Assembly: GCA_965248755.1 (NCBI GenBank)
Contig: OZ252149.1
Location: forward strand, 2,752,001-2,816,000
Source: Candidatus Latescibacterota bacterium
Lineage (GTDB): Bacteria; Latescibacterota; CBDEFO01
DNA: 64,000 nucleotides
Direction of reading: 5' to 3'
The translations under genes and the position numbers were made by a program. Of this stretch, positions 10,052 to 19,425 are shown piece after piece. The notes beneath the pieces were generated by a model. The model was not told the origin of the DNA and did no database searches. It worked only from the letters and a program-made list of their open reading frames with translations. The first letter of the stretch is position 1, and each line of letters opens with the position of its first letter.

Positions 10052-10372
10052 TCATTCTTCCTGGATCACGTCGGGGTGCGACTGAATTGACGGCGTCGCC
10101 ATGATTCGCCTCTGCTGCTCTTTAAGCTTGCCATACTCACCAAGATAGTAGTACACCTTCGCCCACGTCGAATGCTCAGGACTATACTTGTAGAGAAGTG
10201 TTTTCCGGTCGTGTTTCGCCCGCTAGGGTGTCGTCCCTCGTATGAGTAGCTCTATGAAGTACAACGCGTCGCCCGCTTCCACAGCCGGTTGGACGAGATA
10301 GTGCAGGCCCCACTTAAAACGCCTTGGGTCCACATGAAAAGTGGCCCAGATGTGAGCAGCAGGCTCAAGAAA
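10052..10372 (-). pseudogene. 3' remnant of a phytanoyl-CoA dioxygenase (PhyH)-like gene
   Basis: Manual translation VQPAVEAGDALYFIELLIRGTTP*RAKHDRKTLLYKYSPEHSTW...LKEQQRRIM; in-frame TAG at 10223-10225; no 5' half. Confidence 0.55.
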
Positions 10373-10377
10373 TGTGA

Positions 10378-11073
10378 CTATATAGCTAACTCTACCAGAC
10401 CATCGCGCATCCGAACAATGCGCTCTGCCTGGCCGGCGATATAGCTTTCGTGGGTCACCATGATGATGGTATTTCCCTGATCTTTAAGGATCTTGAAGAG
10501 CTGTATGATCTCCTCTCCGGTCTTGGTATCCAGATTTCCTGTGGGCTCGTCTGCAAGGATAATAGAGGGGTTGTTCACCAATGCTCGGGCGATGGCCACA
10601 CGCTGTCTTTCTCCCCCCGAAAGCTCGTTAGGCTGATGCTGTAGGCGATCTTTAAGACCTACTTTCTCCAGGGCTTCTTGAGCGCGGCGCTTGCGTTCAT
10701 CTTTGAGGGTACCATCGTAGACCAGCGGCAATTCCACGTTGCGCAGGGCCGTAGCTCGGGGAAGAAGGTTGAACGTTTGAAAGACAAACCCTATCTTGCG
10801 ATTCCGTACATAGGCAAGCTGGTCGTCGTCCAGATCGCTGACTTTTTCTCCCTCTAAACGGTACACGCCCAAGGTAGGTGTGTCAAGACAGCCTATAATG
10901 TTCATCAAGGTGGACTTGCCGGAACCCGACGGCCCCATAATGGCCACATACTCATTGGCATTGATCTGGACGTTGATGCCTCGCAAGGCATGGACCTCCT
11001 GCGTTCCCAACTGGTAAATCTTCACGATATCTTGTAGATCGATCAGGATCTCAGAAGGCACTTCTTTCTCCAT
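10378..11073 (-). CDS. ABC transporter ATP-binding subunit (MacB/LolD type)
   Basis: [43 protein letters not shown]; likely ATG at 11073. Confidence 0.93.
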   Translation of the reverse strand: MEKEVPSEILIDLQDIVKIYQLGTQEVHALRGINVQINANEYVAIMGPSGSGKSTLMNIIGCLDTPTLGVYRLEGEKVSDLDDDQLAYVRNRKIGFVFQTFNLLPRATALRNVELPLVYDGTLKDERKRRAQEALEKVGLKDRLQHQPNELSGGERQRVAIARALVNNPSIILADEPTGNLDTKTGEEIIQLFKILKDQGNTIIMVTHESYIAGQAERIVRMRDGLVELAI

Positions 11074-11191
11074 TTTCCTATCTTTCAAAATTACTGTAGG
11101 ATCAGACCCACCTGTCCGACTTGAAAATATCCATAGACTTCCAATGACAAAGGTCGGCTTAGGATCTGTGTGATATCTATCACATGGTATT

Positions 11192-12724
11192 TCATCTAAC
11201 TCTTTCCACGAGACTCCGATCTCTCTCAAAGTCGTACAGGGTCTGGCGCTTCAGATCGGCCACCGCAAGTTGATACTTGATGTAGGCGTTAAGGTAGTCC
11301 GAGCGAGCCCCGGTAAGGGCGTCGAGGGCATCGGCGAGGACTTGGCTTGTAATGTCGCCATTTTCGAAGCGGGCAAGGCTGATATCATAGCTTTTTTGAG
11401 CCACTTCCTCACTCTTTTTGAGGACATCGAGGCTGTTGCGCGAGGACTTAAGTTGCGTGATTACTCTTCGTATCTGCAGCTCTACGCTACGCTGCTTCTC
11501 CATTACATCTAACTCTCTCTGTTTGAGCCTCCCTCGTGCGACCTCCACTTCAGCTCGGTTTACCCCGGAGTCCCAGAGCGGAACGGTAACGATGAACTGG
11601 ACGCCACGATTGCGAGGTCGGCGACGCAAGTCATCTATGCTCGATTCAAAGAGGTCGGAGGTGCCAGTGTCAAACGATAGAGACGGGTCACTGATCCCAG
11701 TGAGCTCGTAGGACGCTCTTATATCTGCCTTGATAGCGGTTAAGGCGTCGGTCTCACGAACGGTGATTTCGGCCAGCCGCCGGTTGATCTCATTCTCACG
11801 AATTTCGGCTCGATGGCGCAGGCCATGTTCGATGGCTTTGGCTTCATCCACTTCGAACAGGTTCAGCGCAAAATCGGTTTCCACTGTTACTTCCTCCTCG
11901 AGCGGCAGACCCACCGTCATCTTGAACTGGTCCGCCACCCGTGACTGGCCGCTCTCGGCATCCAATAGATCGTTTTTGCTCTGTGCCAGCTTGACCTCCA
12001 TCTGCAAGGCCTCCACTTCCGGGATCAAGCCGGCCTCGAACTTCTTCTGGGCTAATTCGTAGGACTGCTCCTGCTGTTTCACCTCTTCCCGTGCGATCTC
12101 CCGGCGTCGTGTGGCGTTGTAAAACTCGTAAAACGCCTCTGTGACATCGTAAATAATATCCAGTTGGGTGCGAGTGTACTGTCGCTGCTCCTGCTCGAGC
12201 TGCAGATTGGCCCGCTCTAGGCCTAATTTTAGAGTGTTAGGCACAAATAGCGGCTGTCGAAACTCAATCCTGAACGAGGTAAAAAAACGCTTGGTTCGTT
12301 GGGTCTCATCAAGCTGGTCGATTACCGATTTGCGGCTCTGATAAAGATCTGAATTCAGGATAACAATGCCGTTAGTGGGCAGAGGCTGTCTGATTTGCAG
12401 CCGACTTTGCCACTGCAGTGACCCAGTCGTATTATAAGTTGGAAGTTTATTGGGTGCAAAGATAGGCTGCACCTGTTCACTAAAGTTCGGCGCGTTCAGA
12501 ATTAAATCCGCTTTAGTCTTGAAACTCCCTTTGGCGGCTATCATGTTTTGCTCGGCTTGATGAAGTCGCAAGTCGCGGATGCGGGCGGCGTAGCTCTCTT
12601 CTGAGGCCAGCGCGATGGCATCATCGAGTGTGAGAACAACGGCTCTATCCTGAGCCAACGCTGAGGTCATTAGGACTATCCACGCGATCAGAAAGACCAG
12701 ACGGCCAATAAGACCACTCATCAT
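11192..12724 (-). CDS. TolC-family outer membrane efflux protein
   Basis: Signal peptide, [10 protein letters not shown], two helical repeats, KFEAGLI and RFENGDI motifs. Confidence 0.88.
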   Translation of the reverse strand: MMSGLIGRLVFLIAWIVLMTSALAQDRAVVLTLDDAIALASEESYAARIRDLRLHQAEQNMIAAKGSFKTKADLILNAPNFSEQVQPIFAPNKLPTYNTTGSLQWQSRLQIRQPLPTNGIVILNSDLYQSRKSVIDQLDETQRTKRFFTSFRIEFRQPLFVPNTLKLGLERANLQLEQEQRQYTRTQLDIIYDVTEAFYEFYNATRRREIAREEVKQQEQSYELAQKKFEAGLIPEVEALQMEVKLAQSKNDLLDAESGQSRVADQFKMTVGLPLEEEVTVETDFALNLFEVDEAKAIEHGLRHRAEIRENEINRRLAEITVRETDALTAIKADIRASYELTGISDPSLSFDTGTSDLFESSIDDLRRRPRNRGVQFIVTVPLWDSGVNRAEVEVARGRLKQRELDVMEKQRSVELQIRRVITQLKSSRNSLDVLKKSEEVAQKSYDISLARFENGDITSQVLADALDALTGARSDYLNAYIKYQLAVADLKRQTLYDFERDRSLVERVR

Positions 12725-12799
12725 TATATCTCCTTAATAAATCTTCCGCTAGATAGTAGATAGGCATGGGCGGCGGCGCCCTGACTATTGTCTACGTAT

Positions 12800-14038
12800 C
12801 TACTCATACCGCAGAGCTTCAATCGGGTTGATGTTGGCTGCGCGACGCGCCGGGAAGGTGCCCGAAACGATGCCTACCGCACCGGCCACGGCAAAGGCCA
12901 CGAACACATATAGGGGCGACACGACGGTTTTGAACTCGGCGATGGAGTCGATTATCAAAGACATACCGATGCCCAGCGTGACTCCGATGACCCCACCCAC
13001 AAGACTCAGCCCCACCGCCTCAATCAGAAACTGAGCCATAATATCCTTCCGTCTGGCGCCAAGGGCGCGGCGAACGCCGATCTCGCGGGTGCGCTCAAGG
13101 ACTGTGGCCAACATGATGTTCATAATGCCAATGCCGCCGACTAACAGGGAGATGGCGGCAATTGAGCCGAGCACCATATTGTAAATACGCCTTTCTTTTT
13201 CCTCCTGCTTCAAGAGTTCATAAGGAATCACAATGTCGAAGTCGTCGTTGTCGTGATGACGCCTATTCAAAATTCGTCGGATAATCGCTGCACTTTCCAC
13301 CAGTTGGCTCGAATCCCGTATTCTAATGGTCAACTGATCGATCTGACTTTCTAAGAGTTCGGATTTGTCGAATCGCCGCAGGAAGGAAGAGAGGGGAATA
13401 TAGATGTCTTGATTCAGATTGCGCGCCGCCAACTCACCCACCGTTTCGGTGAACAGCGACTTGCTGCCCATCGTTCCTATAGCCTCGAACCACTGGTCTT
13501 CCACTTTGACGAGCTTTCCCAGGGGATCTTCTATGGGGAAGAGGGTCTTGGCCACGTCAGCGCCCAGCACGCAGACCCGCTGTTCTTTCTTGTAATGGTC
13601 GTCGGTCAAGAAAGTACCGCTGTTGGGCTCGTAGTTGAGAAGGTGGCGGAAGGCGGGGGCAACGCCCACAAGGGTTGCTTTGGTGGATTTGTCTTCGTGC
13701 TTGGCTTCTACCTCTAATTCGGCCTGCGGAGCCAGCTTTTCGACAGTTGGGACAATGGCTAATATGGCCTCAGCGTCCTTTAGAGAGAGACCCTGGGAGA
13801 ATTTAGCCCGGGTTTCTTCTAATTCCTCTTTGCTTAAGTCTTTGTCTCTGACGATGATATTGTTCACACCCAGGGTTTTGAATTTCTCCAATGCCTCCCG
13901 TTTAGCCCCTTCGCCGATAGCGAGCATAGAGATCACGGCTGCGACGCCGAAGATGACGCCGAGCATCGTCAAGATGGAGCGCAGCTTGTGATCCATCAGG
14001 CTTTCCAGGCCGATGCGTAGCTGTTCGCGGGTCTGCAT
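12800..14038 (-). CDS. MacB/FtsX-type ABC permease
   Basis: KLRSILTMLGVIFGV, ISLLVGGIGIMNIM, ERTREIGVRRALGA, PIEALRYE. Confidence 0.93.
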   Translation of the reverse strand: MQTREQLRIGLESLMDHKLRSILTMLGVIFGVAAVISMLAIGEGAKREALEKFKTLGVNNIIVRDKDLSKEELEETRAKFSQGLSLKDAEAILAIVPTVEKLAPQAELEVEAKHEDKSTKATLVGVAPAFRHLLNYEPNSGTFLTDDHYKKEQRVCVLGADVAKTLFPIEDPLGKLVKVEDQWFEAIGTMGSKSLFTETVGELAARNLNQDIYIPLSSFLRRFDKSELLESQIDQLTIRIRDSSQLVESAAIIRRILNRRHHDNDDFDIVIPYELLKQEEKERRIYNMVLGSIAAISLLVGGIGIMNIMLATVLERTREIGVRRALGARRKDIMAQFLIEAVGLSLVGGVIGVTLGIGMSLIIDSIAEFKTVVSPLYVFVAFAVAGAVGIVSGTFPARRAANINPIEALRYE

Positions 14039-15238
14039 TTAAACCTCTTTCCGTCGTGGCACGACTGCTACGCGGTCACCGGGATGTAACTTTCCGTGCA
14101 CCACCACAGAACTGGTATTGCGCGGGCCAAGCGTTACCGGGATCCGGCGCAACTTGGAGCCGTCTTTGACATAGACAATGGATTCTCCGTCCTCCCGATG
14201 GATGCCGGCGTGGTCTACAAACAGGGCACCATCTAATTCTGCCAATATAAATTCGCAACTGACGGTCATACCCGGACGCAGGATAGGGTCCGACTTGTCC
14301 AATAGCACTTCCACGTCGAAGATCTTGATCTTGCTTTTTCTTTCTTTTCTACGAGTGATTTTGCTGATCTTGGTAACAGCCCCATCAAAGGCGATTCGTG
14401 GAAAGGCGTCGAGTCGCACAGATGTTTTCTGTCCAACGTGAACCTTGCTGATGTCCGTCTCGTTTACCGAAGTTATGACTTTCATCTGGCTCAGGTCGGG
14501 CAGGCCAATCAACGGTCGAAACCACCATAATTGGTCGCCAACGGCAATCTTTTTTCCGGTTCTCCGATTCCTGAGATATTCGATCATTCCATCGGAAGGT
14601 GCGCGCACGGTAAATCTTTCAACGGTCCTTTCTGCAGCCTCGATAGCTGAAAGGGTCTGAGCAATCTTCCTTTGCTTAATCTTCAACTCCTCGGCATGTA
14701 TTCTGCTCTTAGACTCGCTCTTCCTCCGGATCTTGTTAGAGGAGATTTCAGCTTTTCGGAGTCCAAGTTCGGCTATCTCCCGCCTGGAGGGCGATTGGAA
14801 TCTAATCCGCTCGGTCTCGATCTGAGCCGATCTCAGGGCGGCTTCAGACGAACGCCGGTCAGCCTCTAACTGTTTTATTTCGGTCTCTTGTCCGGCCTTC
14901 AGTACGGCAAGGTCGGCATAGGCGATCTCCAACTCCGCCTCTTGTTGTACCAATTCCCGGAGAACGCGCGAGGTTCCAATCTGCCCGATGACCTCTCCTT
15001 TGCGAACCTTGGTGCCCTCCTTTGCCAGTTGGGTGATTTCCTGCCTGCGATACCTCCAAGGAAAGAATGGCATAAAAACGGTTACATAATTGACAGCCTG
15101 AAGTTCACCCGTCTCGGCGATGGTAGAGCGAAACTTGCCCCGTTCTACTCTGACAAACCTTTTATCATCCCTGTAGTCGCCGCAGGCGACGAGCAGGGCA
15201 ACCGCCGCGACGATCACCGATGCACCGATTTTCCTCAC
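14039..15238 (-). CDS. Periplasmic adaptor (MacA/HlyD family) lipoprotein 3
   Basis: LVAC lipobox, ETGEL, RAPSDG, LPDLSQM, VNETDI, RPGMTV. Confidence 0.85.
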   Translation of the reverse strand: MRKIGASVIVAAVALLVACGDYRDDKRFVRVERGKFRSTIAETGELQAVNYVTVFMPFFPWRYRRQEITQLAKEGTKVRKGEVIGQIGTSRVLRELVQQEAELEIAYADLAVLKAGQETEIKQLEADRRSSEAALRSAQIETERIRFQSPSRREIAELGLRKAEISSNKIRRKSESKSRIHAEELKIKQRKIAQTLSAIEAAERTVERFTVRAPSDGMIEYLRNRRTGKKIAVGDQLWWFRPLIGLPDLSQMKVITSVNETDISKVHVGQKTSVRLDAFPRIAFDGAVTKISKITRRKERKSKIKIFDVEVLLDKSDPILRPGMTVSCEFILAELDGALFVDHAGIHREDGESIVYVKDGSKLRRIPVTLGPRNTSSVVVHGKLHPGDRVAVVPRRKEV

Positions 15239-16500
15239 TGCGCGTCCTCCTTTTTTATGTCCGAAGCTCCTTTCATCCGATCAACTCTGGGGTCGGTCAA
15301 AGCCACCTGATCACCCTCTTTTAACCCTTCCGTGATGATCACGTAGTTATCGTTCTCGGTGCTCACGGCAACATGCCGCGGCTTAAAATCTCCGCCCTTT
15401 TTGAGGTAAACTATATTCTTGCCGTCCTCTCTGAAGAGAGCCTCCAGAGGTATGAAAAGCGTATCTGGTATCTGCTCCACGATGATCTCGCAACTGACAG
15501 TCATTCCGGGCATGAGCTGTTTGTTGTTTTCATCCAGCAGGATTGTGGCGTCGAAGACCTTTACCTTCGATTCCCTGTCTTTATTCCTTCCCATGACTGC
15601 GACCTCAGACACATGGCCGTGAAAGCTGGTGTCGGGATAGGCGTCGAGCTTTATGATGGCGGACTGACCGGTGCCTATTTTGGCGATGTCCACTTCGTTG
15701 ATCTGAACTTCCGCTTTCATCGAACTCAGGTCGGGCAAGCCGATAATGGACTCGGCTCTCCAAGTCTGGTCGTCAACCTGAAACTTGGCGCCCGTCCTCC
15801 GGCTTTTGCGGATGATGGCGATTCCGGGAGCAGGCGCGGTAACGGTCAGTTTGTCAACCGTCTCTCTGGCTTCGTCTAACCTCGTCTGCACCTGCTGAAC
15901 CTTCAGCTCCAGTTTGCTGATCTTTTGGCGATTGACGATCTTCTTGTTTTCGATCTCCTGCTGGGCCTTCTCCAGAGCGATAGCCGCTTTCTCAAGATTA
16001 AGCTCAATCTCCCTGAGCTTGATTTCGGCCTCGAACGACGCCTGCTCCAATTTCAACTGGGAGATTCTATGATTCAACTTGGCGATCTCAAGATTGGCCA
16101 GCGACTCCTCCATCTCGGACTGGTGGCTAACTTGGGCCTTCCTCAGTTCCGACTGGGCGATCTCCAACTCGGTCTGGGCGTCCACGATGCCCTTTTCAAT
16201 TTCGCTCTTATCGAATTCGATCAGCAGGTCTCCTTCTTCCACCTCTTTGCCGTCTTCGACAAGTTGAGTTATTTTAAGCTCGCCCAAGCGCCAGGGCATC
16301 CACGGAGCAGAGATTATTTTGGAGTTGACTGCCTCCAGTTCTCCGGTCTCTGTTACGCTGTTGACGAATTCCCCTCGTTTGACGGTGTACGTCTCCACAA
16401 ACGATCCTGAACCCGAACCACAGGCAATCAAGAGCATCAAGGCGATAGTTAAGCCCGATAGATTCAATCGGGGTAGAAATAGGTAATGTTTTCTGAGCAT
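15235..16500 (-). CDS. Periplasmic adaptor (MacA/HlyD family) lipoprotein 2
   Basis: ATG at 16500 after AGAGGT; LIAC lipobox; ETGEL, APAPG, LPDLSSM, INEVDI, MPGMTV. Confidence 0.87.
   Translation of the reverse strand: MLRKHYLFLPRLNLSGLTIALMLLIACGSGSGSFVETYTVKRGEFVNSVTETGELEAVNSKIISAPWMPWRLGELKITQLVEDGKEVEEGDLLIEFDKSEIEKGIVDAQTELEIAQSELRKAQVSHQSEMEESLANLEIAKLNHRISQLKLEQASFEAEIKLREIELNLEKAAIALEKAQQEIENKKIVNRQKISKLELKVQQVQTRLDEARETVDKLTVTAPAPGIAIIRKSRRTGAKFQVDDQTWRAESIIGLPDLSSMKAEVQINEVDIAKIGTGQSAIIKLDAYPDTSFHGHVSEVAVMGRNKDRESKVKVFDATILLDENNKQLMPGMTVSCEIIVEQIPDTLFIPLEALFREDGKNIVYLKKGGDFKPRHVAVSTENDNYVIITEGLKEGDQVALTDPRVDRMKGASDIKKEDAQ
16453..16473. repeat. 21-bp palindromic mini-element inside a coding sequence
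   Basis: GCCCGATAGATTCAATCGGGG; near-identical copies at 55799, 56890, 57286 and 30717. Confidence 0.8.
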
Positions 16501-16519
16501 ACACAACCTCTTGGACAAA

Positions 16520-16635
16520 TAAGTAGGTAGGGCACCGCCTCTTCAGCCACCAAGGCACAAACATATTAAAACTAGTGTCTTCGTGGCTAAGCTTCGCCAT
16601 TCCCTGTATGCTGTCTACTGTTTGCTGTCTACTGA
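16520..16635. repeat. GTAGACAG/GGGCACCGCC-type intergenic repeat (REP-like)
   Basis: GTAGGGCACCGCCT and CCCTGTATGCTGTCTACTG; related copies near 12750, 20875, 21345, 31712, 31920, 47700, 55790, 56940, 57275. Confidence 0.6.
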
Positions 16636-17871
16636 AGTGATGAGGGAAGGACTCGGTTCTCTTAAGGCCAACTCCTCCCCAACGGTCAGGCCAGTATCTA
16701 TGACAGCGAAGTCGTTGCTCCGTTTAGCAAGAGTCACTTCCTTAGGCACGAACGCCGACACTCTGCGAACGTAAGCTACCTTCAGGCTGTCCTTTTCAAA
16801 TATGCACTCAAGAGGAATGGCCAAAGCATCCGGTATCTCTTCGACGACAATTTCGCACCGCGCCGTCAATCCCGGAACGAGATCTACGTCTGTGCTGTCT
16901 ATCTCCACAATAACCTCCACTTTCTTGACTTTTGAGTTTCTCCGAATGGGTTTTGCCATATTTTCTACTTTGGTAACTTTTCCAGAAAGGTGAAAGTCGC
17001 CTAGCGATGATACAGTGACTGTGGCCATTTGTTCCGTTTTCAGTTTCTGCGCTTCGGTCTCACCAATCTGTAGCTTGACCTGCATAACAGATAGGTCCGG
17101 GATTTTTACGACCGGACTGTAGTGCAGCATGTCCCCCTCCTGAACTTTCCTGCCGGTTGCCGGGTTCTTTTCGTGGACTACAATGCCCGCAACGGGAGTC
17201 CTTAGCACCAACTTATCTAAGGAGAGCTGGGCACGCTCGACTTTGTTTTCCTCCTGCTTGACCTTCAATTGCAAACTGGTGAGTTCCTCTTTCTCGATAG
17301 CCTCCAGAGATTGCAATTTCTTGCGATTCTTCTCCACTTCCATCTCAGACTTTGCCATTTTCAGCCTTTCGATCTCACGAACTCTGGGAGCCATAAATTC
17401 CAGTTTCGGCAGTTGCAGTCTGGAAATGGCCACAGCAGCCTCGGAGCTTCTCATCTGGGATTCGAGGAGAAACCGTTGCAGTTTCAGGTCGGCTTCCTTC
17501 GTTTTGACTTCGGCTCGGGCGATTTCGAGCTCGTCCTGAGCGTTTTTGTAGTCCTTTTCGATCTGCTCAGATTTAAAGGTCACCACCACATCGTCCACCT
17601 CGACTACTGAAGCCTCCGGTGCCAGGTAGGAGATTTCTGGCGCGGGATGGACGTGCGGCGCGCTTAGAACGTGGGCGGTTTTGGCTTCAAGCTCGCCCTC
17701 GGCATCGACAGTGATAGTGAAGTTGCCGCGAGAGGTAGTAAAGGTTATTTGCGAATTTAACGAATCGGAGGACTTGCAGCTAAAACAGGATATTAATAGA
17801 ACAAGGAGCAGGGCGGCGCGCCCATTCCGTCTCACCTGCACCAAACTGCGGGTTCTGACAAGCTTTGCCAC
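16615..17871 (-). CDS. Periplasmic adaptor (MacA/HlyD family) lipoprotein 1
   Basis: Lipobox-like LISCFSC, AEGEL, RTPVAG, IPDLSVM, VPGLTA. Confidence 0.85.
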   Translation of the reverse strand: MAKLVRTRSLVQVRRNGRAALLLVLLISCFSCKSSDSLNSQITFTTSRGNFTITVDAEGELEAKTAHVLSAPHVHPAPEISYLAPEASVVEVDDVVVTFKSEQIEKDYKNAQDELEIARAEVKTKEADLKLQRFLLESQMRSSEAAVAISRLQLPKLEFMAPRVREIERLKMAKSEMEVEKNRKKLQSLEAIEKEELTSLQLKVKQEENKVERAQLSLDKLVLRTPVAGIVVHEKNPATGRKVQEGDMLHYSPVVKIPDLSVMQVKLQIGETEAQKLKTEQMATVTVSSLGDFHLSGKVTKVENMAKPIRRNSKVKKVEVIVEIDSTDVDLVPGLTARCEIVVEEIPDALAIPLECIFEKDSLKVAYVRRVSAFVPKEVTLAKRSNDFAVIDTGLTVGEELALREPSPSLITSVDSKQ

Positions 17872-18503
17872 GGGAAAGTCCTTGCTATTGAGTTGACGAG
17901 ATTGGGGAAAATAGCGTCTCTTGGAAAGCCTCAGAGGATAACGGTATCGTCATACCAAAAATATCGTCCAGCTATCGATAAGTCAAGCGGAAACTGCTTA
18001 ATACCACTTCGAAGATCGGAGTTCGGACACAGAAAAAGAATGCACGGACTTCAGGAAGCATTAGAACCATCTGTGCTTCAGCAGTACTCTGTAGAAGGTA
18101 GGAGGATCTCTTGAAGCTTGTAGGTGGATATGTGAGGGAGACAATGGGAAGGAATGTAGTGCCTGGGCACCCTTAGCTATACCTCCTGAAAACTTCACTT
18201 CAGATGAGCTAGTGTTGGAATCTCTTGTCGGGCGCCTTGGGGAAGTTATAAGCTGTCCTTGCGGTAGAAAGCGGTCTTAGCCAAAGACGTGAAAGGATTA
18301 GGTGAGGAATTACGAAGGTTACGGTAGAAAGGGTTTAAAACTGGCAGGTACTCAAGGGAATTTTAGGTCTCTACTGGATACTTACGGCAGGAGGCAATCC
18401 TCATTAAGATATTAATTATATAGGATTTATTGATAAGAAAGGGGCAAAACTATCCTCAGAGTATCGCATTTGAGCATCTATCATCTCCATCTGGTCGTAA
18501 CGC

Positions 18504-18615
18504 ATCTAACGGCAATTAGCGCCAAAGCCGAATCGCTGAAGACACCGACTCGTCTGATCGAACCCCCCGTGCCTCAGAATCCTTGACGTGGAGTTCTATC
18601 TCGTCGAGTTTAAGT
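18504..18615 (-). mobile_element. attC-like site downstream of the dihaem cytochrome gene
   Basis: Minus strand ACTTAAC...GTTAGAT about 110 bp apart, with a central stem GAACTCCACG...CACGGGGGGTTC. Confidence 0.45.
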
Positions 18616-18638
18616 TTCATGGCTGGCCTGGTTTGTTC

Positions 18639-18881
18639 TTATTCTGCATGACAAAAACTACAATTCCCCAAGTCACGGTGGGGCATGATAGGAGTGCCCT
18701 TATCTCCCCTTATATGGCACCCCAAACACTCAGCAGATTCAGCCTCGGGCCAATGATCGAGGTCCACGGGCATAGTTGGGGCCGCTTTGAAGAAAGCCAC
18801 TGAGACTATAACCGCGAATATTCCGCCCAATATCCATACGACCATCCACACTTTTTTAGCGTCAGAACCTTCTCTTGGCAT
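18639..18881 (-). CDS. Small membrane-anchored dihaem c-type cytochrome
   Basis: N-terminal hydrophobic helix, CLGCH and CSFCH, additional His before each motif; starts 9 nt after the upstream stop. Confidence 0.75.
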   Translation of the reverse strand: MPREGSDAKKVWMVVWILGGIFAVIVSVAFFKAAPTMPVDLDHWPEAESAECLGCHIRGDKGTPIMPHRDLGNCSFCHAE

Positions 18882-18890
18882 ATCCCAATT

Positions 18891-19418
18891 TCAACGGACG
18901 GCCGCTATCTCAGCAAGCAGTGCAACTCCAAGCGCAGATAATAGGGTGATCCTTGTTAGGTTTACGTATTCTCTATGCATTCTGTTGAACTGTTCCCCCT
19001 CTTCTCCCAACATTTCCCCTGTATCAGGCGAGATCGAAGCCCTTTCTCTTACCTCATCCATCCTTGAGCTTAATCCCATCCCTAAATATAGAGCCACACT
19101 GATCATCACTAAGATCAGAACGAATCTTGTGGACGTTAATAGAGACCATATCCTGTCTCCGTCACCCCAGAAGCTGTGTTCCCTGTTCAAGACTACTTGA
19201 ATAATGCTCGTCAGGACCAGGACAACCCCGCAGACGTACACTATGTAATTGAACCTCTTGAAGCTATCCCCTACGATTGCTCCGGCAGCGGCAGCCGATT
19301 CCAAAGATCTGAAGGCTACAGGAGCGACTACGGCGCCTATTGCAATAGTCCCGCCTACCCAGAGAGCTAATGCTATAAAATAGAACCAGTTGGAGACCAC
19401 AAGGATGATGGAATTCAT
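18891..19418 (-). CDS. DUF4149/TMEM205-like membrane protein
   Basis: ATG at 19418; ALWVGG...VVAPVAF, AGAIVG..F, FNRMH motif; 4 hydrophobic helices. Confidence 0.75.
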   Translation of the reverse strand: MNSIILVVSNWFYFIALALWVGGTIAIGAVVAPVAFRSLESAAAAGAIVGDSFKRFNYIVYVCGVVLVLTSIIQVVLNREHSFWGDGDRIWSLLTSTRFVLILVMISVALYLGMGLSSRMDEVRERASISPDTGEMLGEEGEQFNRMHREYVNLTRITLLSALGVALLAEIAAVR

Positions 19419-19425
19419 TTTCGAA

